From Amoebophrya sp. A120 (lineage: Eukaryota > Protista > Dinoflagellata), in NCBI GenBank assembly GCA_905178155.1, contig CAJINV010000016.1:1811102-1875101 (forward strand): a stretch of DNA of 64,000 nucleotides, given 5' to 3'. The translations under genes were made by a program, and so were the position numbers. Below, in pieces: positions 37,701 to 50,371 of the stretch (positions are counted from its first letter, which is position 1; every line of letters begins with the position of its first letter). The notes under the pieces were generated by a model. It saw only the letters and a program-made list of their open reading frames with translations. It was not told the origin of the DNA and searched no databases.

Positions 37701-40684
37701 CTCGTTCTTCTCGCTAATTCTCACGACTATCAGCCTTCCCTCGTCTGGTTTCCGATCGGTTTTCGACGATTTCAAAAATGCGTCGCTTTGCATCAGAAAC
37801 TCCGATTTTTCGTTAAAAGCTTCAATGTCCTCCTCGGCCGTGCGCGTCGGCGGGATGTCGTATAACTCGGGCGCCGAATATTCTTCGTCACTACTTGAGG
37901 ACTCTGCTATCTTTCTCTGCTCCTGCTCGTGTCTACTGCTTTCCACAAGAACCGCGGCACGGATATTATCAGTACTTCTTCTATCGCTTCTTGTAGTTTC
38001 ATCATACACCTTCCGCACTACCTCCTTGCACAAGTCAGTTCCTCCGCTCTGTGGGAAGAGGCGTTATCAAATGTACTTAAAAATGTCTGGGTCTGGAAGA
38101 GTTGTTATGTAGATTTTACATGACACATGACGTCTGTAATGCATAACCTGGCATCACAGATTTTCAGCGGGCTTGCTGATGCCTATCCCGCATGAGAAAT
38201 ACCCTCTCTATGTGGCACAAAGTGGACCCCTCTTGCTGGTTATGCAACACAGATCTTTTTGGAATCCAAAAACAGCATCACAAGTTGCAATGTTCCAGAC
38301 CCAGACATTTTTGCAATCCATAGGCGTCGCAGTAGCGCGGTTTTGCCGACCATTGGGTCCTCCTGGATATGATCCTTTTCTGCTGCTACTTGTTGTGCTT
38401 GTGCCGAGCCCATACTAATTACCCCTGTTGGCCCCCCGGATGAAGCAGAGCTTCTGGCGCCACTTTGTTGTAGATCCGCCGCAATAGTCAAAAACTCTGC
38501 CAAATCGCAGTCCTCGTTGCTACTCTTACAGTCCTGAACCGCGTCGGCGCTGCAGAGCTCTTCCTGCAGCTCCTCGACGTACGGAACAGCGAGAGCACCA
38601 ACAGCAGCGGTGGAATGTTTTTCATCCTCCTGAAGATAATTTTTCTTCCTGCTCAACACCTCATAAGCCCGGGGCGAGATCTGCAAAAATTTCTTCGCCG
38701 ATACGGTCACGTCAGCGCCACTGACGCGGAGCAGCACTTCCAATTGGTGCAAACTCTTTTGCGAAAACACGCCAAACACGTAGGCTAATCGGTCGAGCCA
38801 CAGTTGAAAACGGGTGATGAAGTGGATTCCGCTGCTGGTCTGGTCGTCCACAAGAAACGGACTGACTAATGCGTACAGGAAGGCTTTCCTTGGCACCGCG
38901 TTTTCATACTGCAACAGCTCGCCGGAGTGCAGGGAGAGGAAGTAACCCAGGAAACAGTTCTGGCCAGCTTCTTGGACAGCCTCGCGGTCTTTTGACCGGA
39001 GCCAATGCTTCAGCTCCAGCAGCTGGATAAACGCCTGCTGGAGGATCTGGACGATAGACGTTTCATGGGTTGACCCCTGCTCGACGTTATTTGTTGCGCC
39101 GGTGTCCGAACCAACAGTCCTTTCTACAACTGCTGGCGCCAGGTTCGCCACCATCTGTTCCAACTCATGAAGCGGAATCGCTTCTACGCCGGTCGCGTCG
39201 GGAACTGGGTGGAGCAACTTTGCGTACTTGTTCTGTTGGGCTCTTTCTTGTCGTTCTGCATCAGAAATTATAGTACTGCTCCTCCTACTGTCCGCGACGA
39301 GAAAGCACTGGTGACAATACACACTCTCCGCAAACTATCGCAAGAAAAAACTGCTTCACTGTGAACTTGTGATGCAGAAAATGGAACACAGAACGATTTG
39401 TCTTGCTACACCTGCAAGACATTGGATTTTTAAGCGTATTTTTCCTTGGGAAATGCGCATGGCAAATTTTCTGTGTCATGCGTAGCAAACTTGTGATGCG
39501 GTTCTTGCAAAATCATCACAGTGAAACAGTTTTTTCGTGAGATACAAACCGCTCTACTGCGTTCAACGCCGCTTCCAAAACCTTCGCCGCCTCGCGCGCC
39601 GCGTCTCTCCGTGCGGAGGCGATGGACACACGCTTCAGCTGACAAAGCTTCTCTTGCTGATAAACGCCTATTTCTTCATCACTTTCTTCAAACTTTCCAA
39701 AATACGCATGAATCTGCTCTTCCGTGGAATCTAACAAAACTTCCGCATCTTTCAAAAAGGTCTCCGTGTCCGGGATTAGTCTTTATCAAATGCAAACATG
39801 TCTGGGTCTGGAAGAGTGCGCGTTTTGTGATGCAGTTTTTCCCTGACCCATGAGGTCTGGAATGCAGGACCTGGCATGACAGATTCTGTGTGATCTCTAT
39901 CATGCCTATCCTGCATGAGAAACTCCCTCCCAACTTGGTCAAAAGTGGACGACTTTTGGTAATCATGCAACACAAATTTTTGGATGATTTAGATTTAGCA
40001 TGGCAAATTGCATTTGTCCAGTCCCAGCTATATCTGCAACGCATAGTCTTCGCTTCAAATCCAGGACCGACTCGGTCATAGACTTCATGACGCGCACCGC
40101 TTCCATATCAAATGCAAAAATGTCTGGGTCTGGAGACTTGTGATGCTGGGTGGCGTATCATGAGGAGGCCACAAGTGCTGGCTCAGCATGACAAGTTTCC
40201 GCGCTTCTTGGTGTTGCCTATTCTGCATGACAAACTGCGTTTCTGCATGACAGAAAAATTGGGATCTTGGGTAATGTGCATGACAAATTTAAGAGTCATG
40301 TGAGACAAGCATGACAAACTTGCATTCTTCCAGACCCAGACACTTTTACATTTGATATTCCAGGTTGCAGCACGAGTCCCCGGATTCCGTGAAAAACTTC
40401 TTCCTCCCGGATCCGTCGGCTTTTTCGTCTCTTCCGCATTGCGGTAAGTACTGGATCACGCTCTTCGCTTCTTCGCGCGGCAAAAGGTCCTTCTCCTCGC
40501 AGCCGAGGTCCAAGCGGAGAACCTGCTGTGGGCCATGCTCAGGGGGCGGGGCAGACAAATTTTCTATCTCCGTTGCACGAACGATCTCATGACTGGTGCT
40601 GGAAGCAAGTAGGAATAAGAGCGGATGTTGCAACAGCGTCCGCAACTGCAGCAACAGTCTTCGAAAGCGAACACGATCCATCAT
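34736..40684 (-). CDS. ~1485-aa protein with a C-terminal fucosyltransferase-like (FUT8/NodZ/GT11-type) domain
   Basis: Motifs CGGHGDRAQGI, YIALHFRAG, WYLATD and SRSGFGETAA. Removing six introners plus TSDs leaves 4458 nt, in frame at every join. Confidence 0.8.
36129..36399. mobile_element. Introner family A
   Basis: TIRs, TSD aggtg/gggtc (decayed). Confidence 0.88.
36552..36760. mobile_element. Introner family C
   Basis: TIRs as at 1691, TSD acgtt/acgtt. Confidence 0.92.
38065..38322. mobile_element. Introner family A
   Basis: TIRs, TSD ggcgt/ggcgt. Confidence 0.92.
39336..39544. mobile_element. Introner family C variant
   Basis: tatcgcaagaaaaaactgcttcactgtga / tcacagtgaaacagttttttcgtgagata, TSD caaac/caaac. 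Confidence 0.9.
39784..40045. mobile_element. Introner family A
   Basis: TIRs (right one decayed), TSD gtctt/gtctt. Confidence 0.9.
40106..40357. mobile_element. Introner family A (second internal type)
   Basis: TIRs, TSD ttcca/ttcca; inverted relative to 41913-42167. Confidence 0.93.
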
Positions 40685-41790
40685 GGGAAAGGACGTTGTC
40701 GAAGTCAAAAAGAATCTATCAAAATGGCATTTAAATCTAGTTCATCGATTGCGTGCAACCAAGGCACTACAAATGATAAGTAAACATGGATCTACTTAGA
40801 CTTAGTGAGTGATTGTGATGCGCTGGTGGGCCGAGAAAGAATAAAAATGTAGGCATGTAAACAATTCTCAGATTCAGTAGCAAGTGTGTGCCAACAGGAG
40901 GTCATGAGCTGGATCTTTTCAGATCGTGCTCTTTGAAAAACAAAGAGTTTGTGCTGCAAAGCGCACAATTCGAAGAACATGCTCCAGATGAAACAAGCGA
41001 GGTGGAAAATAAAACACAAAAGACCAGTATAGCTGGTAGACCGAAAAAATGAGACGAAAGAGGTTCTCGCACGTAAAAAAATCCACTTGCAATAGGTTGA
41101 CAGATCGTCCGCTGGGTGGAATGAGTTCTGCTTCTGGACACGACAAAACAGACAACTTCACACGACCGAAGCACGAAAAATCGCAAAACTCGTGAGATTC
41201 ATCGTCCTCTCAAGAGAAAATACCATCACAAACACGCTCGATGAGCACTGCTTTTATTTGTCGTGGTCCAGCGCTTGGTGTAATATCACCATCAACACAG
41301 TGATTCTAGGTGGGTTGGCTATTTGCTCACTTTCGTCGACGTGTCTGCTTCATACCTTATTATTTCTATCTGGGGGGGAGTAAAACGTTCTCAACAAAGT
41401 ACCGCTGGTGCAGTTGTAGATTCCTTGTTTAATATTGTACTATTCGTGAGGCTGAGGACTCTCTTGACATTCATAAAAACTTTTCGGTAGGTCGAGAATC
41501 TATGCTTCGATTCGGATTCACGACAAAAGACAGATTTTCGGAGGACTGAGTTGAGTAAGGCAATTGAGTACTCATCAGGGAAGATGTAGTAGTAGTTGTG
41601 AGAAATAAACGTACTGACGCTATAGTACAACGATAATGAAGAATGTTGGGTACAACTTGACTTGAAGAATTTGGATTTGACCCCTTTGACTTTCTAGACG
41701 ATCGACAGAACAACTCCGAAAAAAATGATTTAGATTTTGTTCCATCCCAACGACCACGACCCCGTGGTCCTCTCACCACCCTCTCCCATA

Positions 41791-43424
41791 CTACCCAGCC
41801 ATTTTTCCCTTTTTCATGCCCTTCGCGCGCCGCATCTGCTCCCAGGTCGGGTTGTACTGATATTGCAGATAGCCCCCCATGGCAAACTGCCTGTCCCGGC
41901 GCTGCTTTTTGTTATCAAATGTAAAAATGTCTGGGTCTGGAAGAATGCATGTTTGTCATGCTTGTCGGGCATGACTCTTAAATCTGTCATGCACATTGCC
42001 CAAGAGACGTTCTTTTCTGTCATGCGGAGACCACGCAGTTTGTCATGCATAATAGGCAACACCTACAAGCTCCGAAATTTGTCATGCTGAGCCAGCACTT
42101 GTGGCCTCCTCATGCTACGCCACTCAGCATCACAAGATTCCAGACCCAGACATTTTTACATTTGATATTTGTTGTAGACGTACCACAAAAGGTAGAGCAG
42201 CACCAGCGGGATAGCCACGTACACCAGGAAGTCGACCAATCCAAAACCCTCCTTGTCCAGGTCCGGAAAGATCCAAAAGAAGGTACTATCGTCGTCCGAA
42301 GCCGTACTGTCGGAGCCGGAGCCATTCGACATCGACTCCTCCTCCGGCACTGTGCATTTGTGAAACTTGTGCTGCTTCAACGTGGGGTTCGCTTCGTCAT
42401 TTTCGCTCAGCGCAAAATAGGCCGCCACCTCTATCTTCCGATATAGTGTCGGGACCTCGTAAATCAAAGTGCACACCCCAGGTGCTGACCCACCATCGAA
42501 ATTCTCCCGAGTGGCGAACATGTCGCAGCCGAACGCAATGCACTCCGCTTCACACCTCGACTCCAGTTGGTCACTCCTCAGGTTCATGACCCGGTACATC
42601 GGCTGAAATCGCTGAAATCCGAGGGTCGCGGTTTCTGTCCCGGTGCAGTCCAGGATATAGTTTGTGAGGTCCCGGGGCGATTGGTCGTCTGCCCCGCCTA
42701 GTCGCACTCCGCTGTCGCTGCACTTCGTCGTCACTTGATCCCGTAGGCTTTTGCTGTAGGAGCAGGTCTTCGGCATCGAGCCTCTGATCGCACACTGGTA
42801 GGGGTCATGGTACTCACTGTACCACGCATTTTGGAACTTATTCGACACCACGGGGTTAATTCCTTTCGTAGTCGCGTAGACCAGATACCCCGCGGCGAGC
42901 TTTTGCGACTTGACGCCACACGTTTTGTGTGGCGTCGCCTGGACAAGAAGGCAGTGCCGTTCCGCCTGCAGGCCGCTCTCGCCCATGTGAGACGCGAAGA
43001 CGGAGCAGGTTTTCGCATTTGCACACAGCTCCTGGCACCGTTGCGTCAAATAGTACCGGTCCGGATCCTGCAAAGTCGCGCCAATATACGGCAGAACGGT
43101 CTTCACGTGCCGCACCTCGCACCAGTCCGTTGCGGCGGAAAAGTTCTCGCAGCTTCTTACTGGGTGGACCGCACCATTGACAGTGCTGTCAGCGGAAAAA
43201 ACAGGAACCTCTGCGAGGTGCTCGCATCCTGCGAATTTTGTGGCCCCGTCTTCCATGCCAACGTCCAGGACGAAGGAGATGGTACCATCACTGCACTTGC
43301 TGGCGAGACAAAAGTCGATCCGTTGCAGATTCTGTCCCAGGAGCAGCAGTGCCGTACTAGTTGACCCCGATAAAAAGCTGCAGCCCCTTCTTCGGGGAAT
43401 AAGACTGGTAGGCAGGAGCTTCAT
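41791..43424 (-). CDS. Type I membrane protein with PAN/apple-like domains
   Basis: RCQELCANAKTCSVF..CLL and RCEAECIAFGCDMF..CTL; TM FLVYVAIPLVLLYLLWYVY; short basic tail after introner 41913-42167. Confidence 0.75.
41913..42167. mobile_element. Introner family A (second internal type)
   Basis: TIRs, TSD tttgt/tttgt. Confidence 0.93.
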
Positions 43425-44477
43425 GCAGTTCTTGTTGGCGCCGAGGCTTTATTCCTACAGATAAAGCGACTGCTGCTGTTCTTTTGACAAGATAGTAGAA
43501 TTTTTAGCCTTCTGCTACTTATATACTTGCTTTGGGACGAACAGGATGAAAAAAGATGGAAGAAAAATTGATCGCGGGATAAAACTTAGGCGGTGTTTAG
43601 GTTGGAGGTCCTGGTGTGATGTCTGTGTTGCATTCTTGCATTGTGCGAACTTTTTAAACCCGGATGTGACTAGGATTAACCATAAGTCATAGTTCATCTT
43701 TCGATTATTTATCATCGATTAGTACATTGCCAATACTTACTTACTGTTCTTGTGCTCCTCCTGTTGTACTTTTTGTTCTCTTGGAATGTAAGTTATCTCC
43801 ATTGTCCTGAACGACAGTACGAGGAAGAGGAAGAACTACCGTGTAAAGAACGACGATTTAGTGCTAGGCAACTTGTCCTCGCTGTGGAACGAAATACCAT
43901 TACGAACAGAACATGAACGATAACCGATAAACGAGTACACAGACCGAAAAAAGATGATGGAGATGAGAACGAACGACAAAGATGGAGATGAGACCGAGAA
44001 AAGATCCTGTTTTGATGAGAAGGAACGACCGAGGAGGAGGATGGATGTTGCTAGTCCATTAAAAATGGTGTCAATATTTATATACCGAAATTTGCGTGCC
44101 TGTTCCTTCTTTCCAAGCACTGCAGCTACGAAGTGCTTTTCATTCTACTGCGCAGTGGACGATCACAGAGCGAGGATGAACACCAGGTGGATGTTGCCTT
44201 CCGCACCGCGACCGATAGAAAGACACTCACTCGCTGGAAGTGCGTTCTGTTCTTGATGTGACATCATTTGGCACAGTAAAACTACTTCGTCTAGCTTTCT
44301 TTGAAACCCCTGCGATCTTGAAGCAGGAGATGTAAAGTGTAGTGATGTAGATGTTGCAACATGTACCTTCAGCCAGATCTTGTTTTCCGCCCTCCTTGAT
44401 GTATAGGAAGTTCCTAGGGCAGCTGTGGAGCTTCCTTCGTATGGCATCGCACAGCAGAAGTGCTGCGGTCCCCCTGG

Positions 44478-46386
44478 CTACGCTTGTTTCCTCGCAACGG
44501 GGCTTACTTCGTATTTTCCCGGCAAGCTCTATCAACTGCAAAATTCGATCTGGGTCTGGAACATTTCTGAGCAGCTTCGATTATGTTCGTAGTGGCGCGA
44601 GCTTTTGTCTTTCGTGCGATATCAACCCCTTCGCGCTTTGTGTTTGTCAGGCTTCGGCGTCGCACCGTATAGCGTACTGCAGTGTTTTAGAGGTTCGTGG
44701 TCTATGACTATGCATATATCACTAGGTCGACGTGTGGCATGATCACAACTTAAGTACTCCTTTCCAGCGGACCACCCAGATACGAATTTGCATGCAACTT
44801 GCATAAGGCGAGTCCCACAGCCAGTCTTGGGTCTTCATCGATCGGATAAATCCTTTCTTGGAAAATGAAGCCGTCCTGCTTCGCGTAGGTATCCAGGAAA
44901 AAAAGTGTGTAAGTGTAACTGTGTACGGAAAAGCAGCATCACAAATTAGCTTTGCATTACAGGGAAAATCTGTCATGCGCAGCTAGTACGTGGAAACACG
45001 TATGAAAGTAGCGTATGACGCAGATCCAGCATGACAAGTGTAACAGTTTTGCACTTTCTGCATCACAGATTTACACTCACATAGTTTTTTTCTTGCATAG
45101 TAGGCCAAGCCCGAGCAGTGGAGAAAAAGGACGAGAAGGAGCATGCCCACTCCCATATCAACTGCAAAAATGTCTGGGTCTGGAAGATCGCCAGGTTTGT
45201 CCTGCAGATTTTGCATGACCTATGACGTCTGTGATGCATGCCCTAGCATCACATATCTTCAGAGGACTTTGCGATGCCTCTACCGCATGAGAAATGCCCT
45301 CTCCGCGTAGCACAAACTGGAGTGCTATTGCTGGTTACGCAATACACATTTTTTTAGCATCCAGCGACAGCGTTACAAGTTTAGAATCTTCCAGACCCAG
45401 ACACTTTTGCAATCCATAGCCCAAGTACCGCATGCTCGCGTGCTCCCGCAGCAGGGCGGTTATGGGAGTGTCAGGATTGAAATCATCAAAGTGTCATGCA
45501 TAAAAAAACGCGATACAAAAATAGACTCTATTGCAGAGGACGCACGGGAGGCAGATTATAGTCCTGGTAAGGGTCAAAAGTTGGACTGCTGACTAGCATG
45601 ACAGAAGGCAGCTCTTTTGCCCTAAACCGCATGACAGACTCGCATCCAGGACCGGGAAAATTTGTCATGCACCGACTGCAAACTGTAGGTCTAACTTGTA
45701 TCCGTTTTATGCATCACAAATTATTGCAACTTTGACGATTTCAAACCTGACAGTTCCATAGCGGTCAGCTCGTAGTTATGGCGCCGGATCAGCAGAAAGT
45801 TCATCGAGCACCGGATGGTGAACAACAAACCCATCAGCGGGGCGTGCCAGGACAACCCGCACACCCAGTCCCGGGGGTCGCAGTCATAGTCGTCGAACCC
45901 GACCTCGAGAATCTGGTGGCGGAGCAGGTGCAGGCAGCCGACATACATCCACTGCAGCAAGGCTTCCCAGAGAAGCAGGGTAAAAGTCACTTTCACGGTG
46001 ATCTTGCTGGTGCGGACCACGGTCTCTCGTTTTACCAAAGGGAGAGAACACGACGAGGGGATCTTCACTGGAAAATGTGGTCGGGAGGGGAGAAGGGATA
46101 GGAGGGTCGTCGTGGTGAAAAGCTTGCTCGCCGTTGAAGATGCACGACTAGGTAGTGTCCCGCCAGGGGAAGTTCTACTTCCTCTTCCTCGATGAACTCC
46201 TGCATATAAGGTTGATGTATGGCTACTCTGTCGTCGTGTATCCAATCCAAGGAGCTGTCTCTCATGCTCGAGCAACAAAATCTCGTGCTGTAATTGCAAC
46301 TCCTCGGAGCAAAGCCGGTGGCGTGGTCGCCGGGACGGCCGGTGCTCACTGGCGGCAGTGGTTGCGAGCGGATTAAAACGCGCCAT
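44478..46386 (-). CDS. Hypothetical multi-pass membrane protein
   Basis: Hydrophobic segments VTFTLLLWEALLQWMYVGCL, APLMGLLFTIRC and YLGVGMLLLVLFLHCSGLAY; in-frame joins over four introners; 3' end uncertain. Confidence 0.6.
44530..44805. mobile_element. Aged introner family A
   Basis: tatcaactgcaaaattcgatctgggtctgga and a decayed right TIR; TSD decayed. Confidence 0.65.
44890..45099. mobile_element. Introner family C
   Basis: TIRs, TSD gtagg/gtagg. Confidence 0.92.
45156..45418. mobile_element. Introner family A
   Basis: TIRs, TSD tccca/gccca. Confidence 0.92.
45461..45760. mobile_element. Introner family D
   Basis: tatgggagtgtcaggattgaaatc / gatttcaaacctgacagttccata, TSD gcggt/gcggt. 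Confidence 0.9.
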
Positions 46387-47336
46387 TTTTGTACTTTGTT
46401 CTTTTTTTGAGTAGACCTCCACTTTGCAAGAAAATCAGCGTCGGATTGCACGTTTTCTTGTCAAGGAAGTCAATGGCGCGTTCGTTCCTCGATGATATGG
46501 TGGATACATCTTCCCTACTAAATACCTCCTAGTAGTGTCGACAATTCTATACTCGTGTCCATTTATTCGCCGGTTTTCGTGTCGCTCGGCAGATACTGCA
46601 GTAGATCTACTTACTTACTCGCTGTTCTTCACGAGCAATGTAGAGACTCATCGCCGATGATGAACCTATGCGAGCAGGAAGCTCAAGAAGAACATCAGCT
46701 GCAACTTTCGCTTGTGCTGCGCGGCATTATATATACAACTAGCCCGCAGCAACGGCGCAGACTCAACCTGCTTCGAGGAGGGAAGGTCCGCTTGTTTTGA
46801 AATGTTGTGTGTTCCTCCTCTTTTTCTTCTCTTGTTCTTCATAAAAACCACACATGGCCGCTAGAATGCGTTGTATCATCTTCGCTGGTGGTACTAGATG
46901 AGAAACAAACCATTTCTCAACTACACACTTCGTTGTCCTACTTCTCGCACCACATCAAAAGGCCGCTTTCTTTGTTGTTTCTTTGAACCTAGAAATGCCA
47001 CGGCCGTTATTTTGCTTGATCTTTGATCCTAGAGTTGTTGTTGTTTTGACACTGCTATTGTTTGATGATGCTTTAAAAATGTCCAATCGCCAATCTGTGA
47101 TGTAAATTATCAGAATCATGTGAAGACACGAGAATCCTCTGTATCGTCAAATCATCGCGCGCCGGGTAGTAGAGTAGAGCTCCTGGCTTCTATGAAGCTG
47201 CCGCTGGGAAAATCATCTGTGCTGGGGAAAAGCAGCTCAACAGGGCTCCTGCTGATGTGCAGACCGTTCTTCTTTTTGTTGGGTAGGCGTAGGGAAAGCA
47301 CCTGCTCATGCTCATGTGTGTCGCTGGGAATTTTTC

Positions 47337-48660
47337 TTATGATCCGCCACCGCAACACCCGCCAAAGGTGCTACTTGAACTCTGCGTATTCGCGCCGATT
47401 TGCTGTGATGGTGTAATAGTATGTTGTGCAGTTCAGTACTTCTCATCTTTACCATGACAAAACGAGCAGACTGATATAATTCGCGTGCATGGAAAAATGA
47501 AAATCACCAGAAGTCTATACGTGCGTGTTCGGGTCCTTTTCGTTTTTGTTTATTGGCAGCCTCTTCGCGATTTCCATGAAGACCTCTTTCACGTTTTTCC
47601 CGCTCTTTGCTGAAGTTTCCAAAAAAAGGATGCCCATCTCCTGGGCGTAACTTCGCGCGACCTGAGTGATGATGTGTGGCCAGTGTTGTTCAATACTTAA
47701 CTTGGCAAAGACAAAGAGAAAGACCTTTTACAGGATGAAACTTGCCGAGAAAAGCATGCACTGTCGGGTTGATCACCACGCAACACAAAATTCTAGTACT
47801 TCTTCTATACCTCCTGCTCTACTTGCCTCGGGAAATTCGCCTCTACAAGGTCGACCTTGTTTCCGCACAGCGCTATTACCAGCGACTCTTGCGCGGCCAT
47901 GCCTTGGAGCTCTTGGACCTGGAGTTGTAGTTTTAAAGATGATATTTTTCATGCGCATCAATAAATACCCGCAATATCAAATGCAGTTTCTGTCACGCGC
48001 AAGGTGGAAACAAATGCCAACGCTGCATATCCATATGTTCGAAAAAGAATAAAAGCATCTCAGTGATATAAAGTACCCATGATCGCGCGCCGTCGAAGCT
48101 CTCCCTGCTGGTAACGTCGTATACTATGACGGCAGCGGCGGCGCCCCTGATTTTATTTTCACAGTGACACTTCCACTTGTGATGCAAAAATCTGACGCAT
48201 GAGATGAAAACCTGTCTGTCATGCCAGCACCCTCGACGTCGACAATCAACTTCATCGTATTTTATTAATTAAAGGGAATGTACCAAGTCCATCCTTCAAT
48301 ATGTGCTATACCTGTAATACATCGGCGCGAGACTCCGATACCTTTCCTGCCCCGCGGTATCCCATATTTCGAATTTCACGAGCGCTTTTGGTTTCTCCAA
48401 CTCTACCGTCTGCGTCATAAAGGCGGCTGGAAGTTTGTATGTATGGCGGATGATGATCGCACGAATTAACGGAGATGCAATGGCAATGGAAAACAAAACA
48501 ACAAATAATTGCTCATTTTATTACCTCCTATTGTCGGCTCTTGGTTCTCGTAAAATTCTTCCTTTGCGAACCTTACGACCAGACATGACTTCCCTACACT
48601 GGCGTCACCGAGGAGCACCAACTTAAAGTGGTGCGGCGTTTTTCTTTTTTCTTTCGACAT
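47337..48660 (-). CDS. RAB5: Rab5-family small GTPase
   Basis: [57 protein letters not shown] and a C-terminal GGCCGGGS; five apparent GT-AG introns. Confidence 0.92.
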
Positions 48661-50371
48661 GCTGCTGGTGTGGTCCTCGAAGGGATTTTGGCTTGCTGAA
48701 TCCTCTTCGACCTAGCAGGCTTCTACTGACTGCAGCTCTACTACTCCTTCTTGACTCCTGCGGCTCTTTCGCAGTTGAATCTGAGTCCTTGCGTCGGCGT
48801 CCTTTACTTCTTTGTTCTCCTCGTAGTTATAATTTCCGCTACTTGCTTCTTTCTTCACTTGTTGCGGTGCCGTCGTCGACTTGCTATTCCGAGTTTTATC
48901 TTCGCGTTCACAGACACAACGCTCGGTATGTCTTTGTTGTTGTACTTTTCCAAGCTATTGGGAGTGGTTGTTGCGTCAGTCGCTTTGTTTTTGGAGGATG
49001 ATTTTCGCGTAGGACAGCTGCTCTTTTGTACGAAGGAATCAAACTGCTCACCGTATGAAGTCGGGTCCGAGCAACTACGTCCCGTTCGTGAGCTCTAATT
49101 TTAATTTTCTACTGGGCGAAAATACTCTCTGCTGCTGTAGTCGTTCACCGTGTAGTATATTTTTCGCACGCTTAGCACCTTGCTCCGGTCCAGACTTCCA
49201 AGCGCCTTATTTTCCGAAAAATTTGGGCAGCTGCGACTCGTTCCAAATCACGCGGCGAGCAGAAGAGCTGCTACAAGCACGCGTGCAAACAAAGCTGACA
49301 GTAGGTCTTTGCGTGTGAAGTAAGTAGTCGAAGTCGCCGGCGTCTGCAGTTCTTGCGAAAACAGGAAACCGGCTGTGTTGCACTGCGGTTTGTCGTGTAG
49401 ACGTGCTACTAAAAACGCGCTTTGCCAGTTCTACTTCCGGGGCGAGAGTCCCGCGGACCGGATGAACGTAGTAGAAAAAGGGCCGCTGCCATGTCTTCGC
49501 CTTGTTTTATCTCTCACAAAATCTGCTCCGGAATGTTGATGTTCTGTCAGTTTCGCAATAGTACAACAGAAACTATTGCACAACTTCTACACCGATCATG
49601 AACTAATGTAGCTTCAAAATTGGCTGAGGACACAGCGCTGGTGCTTGCAGAAATTTCCGAAGTCGGGCCTAAAACAAAACTTGAACCGCAACCTAAAAGT
49701 GATAAAAATGTTCGAAAGTGCTTTCTGACTCTGGTCCTTATCACTGTGAGACGGAGACGTTTGCGATCAATGTATAAATGTGGGGCCTCACCACGACAGC
49801 CTAGTGCGTCTTAGTGTTTCTAAGTAGACATCATGAAAATGAGGACTGTCCTAGAAGTAGATCTCGTACGTCTGATCATATTTTTGGCAATCATGAAGCC
49901 CTCAAGAGAGCCGCCATGTCGTGTGTCTGTCTTTGCATCTACTTCGCTCACTGAGTCGCAAGTCCTCTTTGACAGGCTGCAATCTCGTGTGGCTCTAGTA
50001 CTTTGAAGATGCGGGGCCGCTCGAATGTTCGGGGGCTCTTGCTCTGAGTAGAGAACTCCTGATTTCAGCGTGCTCAAGAGTGTACTACAGAAGTTGGTTA
50101 CCAGGAGAGAACAAGGTAGGAGATTGATCTAATGCTGAGCAAATCAGGTGGCGAATACTTACTGCAGATGCCTTCATTCTCTTTTTGAATCACCATAAGT
50201 CTCGAAAAATGCCTGAGCTTCTTGTTTCGGATGCACATACTCTTCGTCATGGTTTCTGCTTTTCAAAAAATCGTGCTTTTAGTTCGTCTTGTGACAACTG
50301 TAAAGTTTTTTTGCCATCTGCAATATCCTGATCTCGCCCCGTCAAGAGAAGAAGTTGTTCTGAGTCACGTC

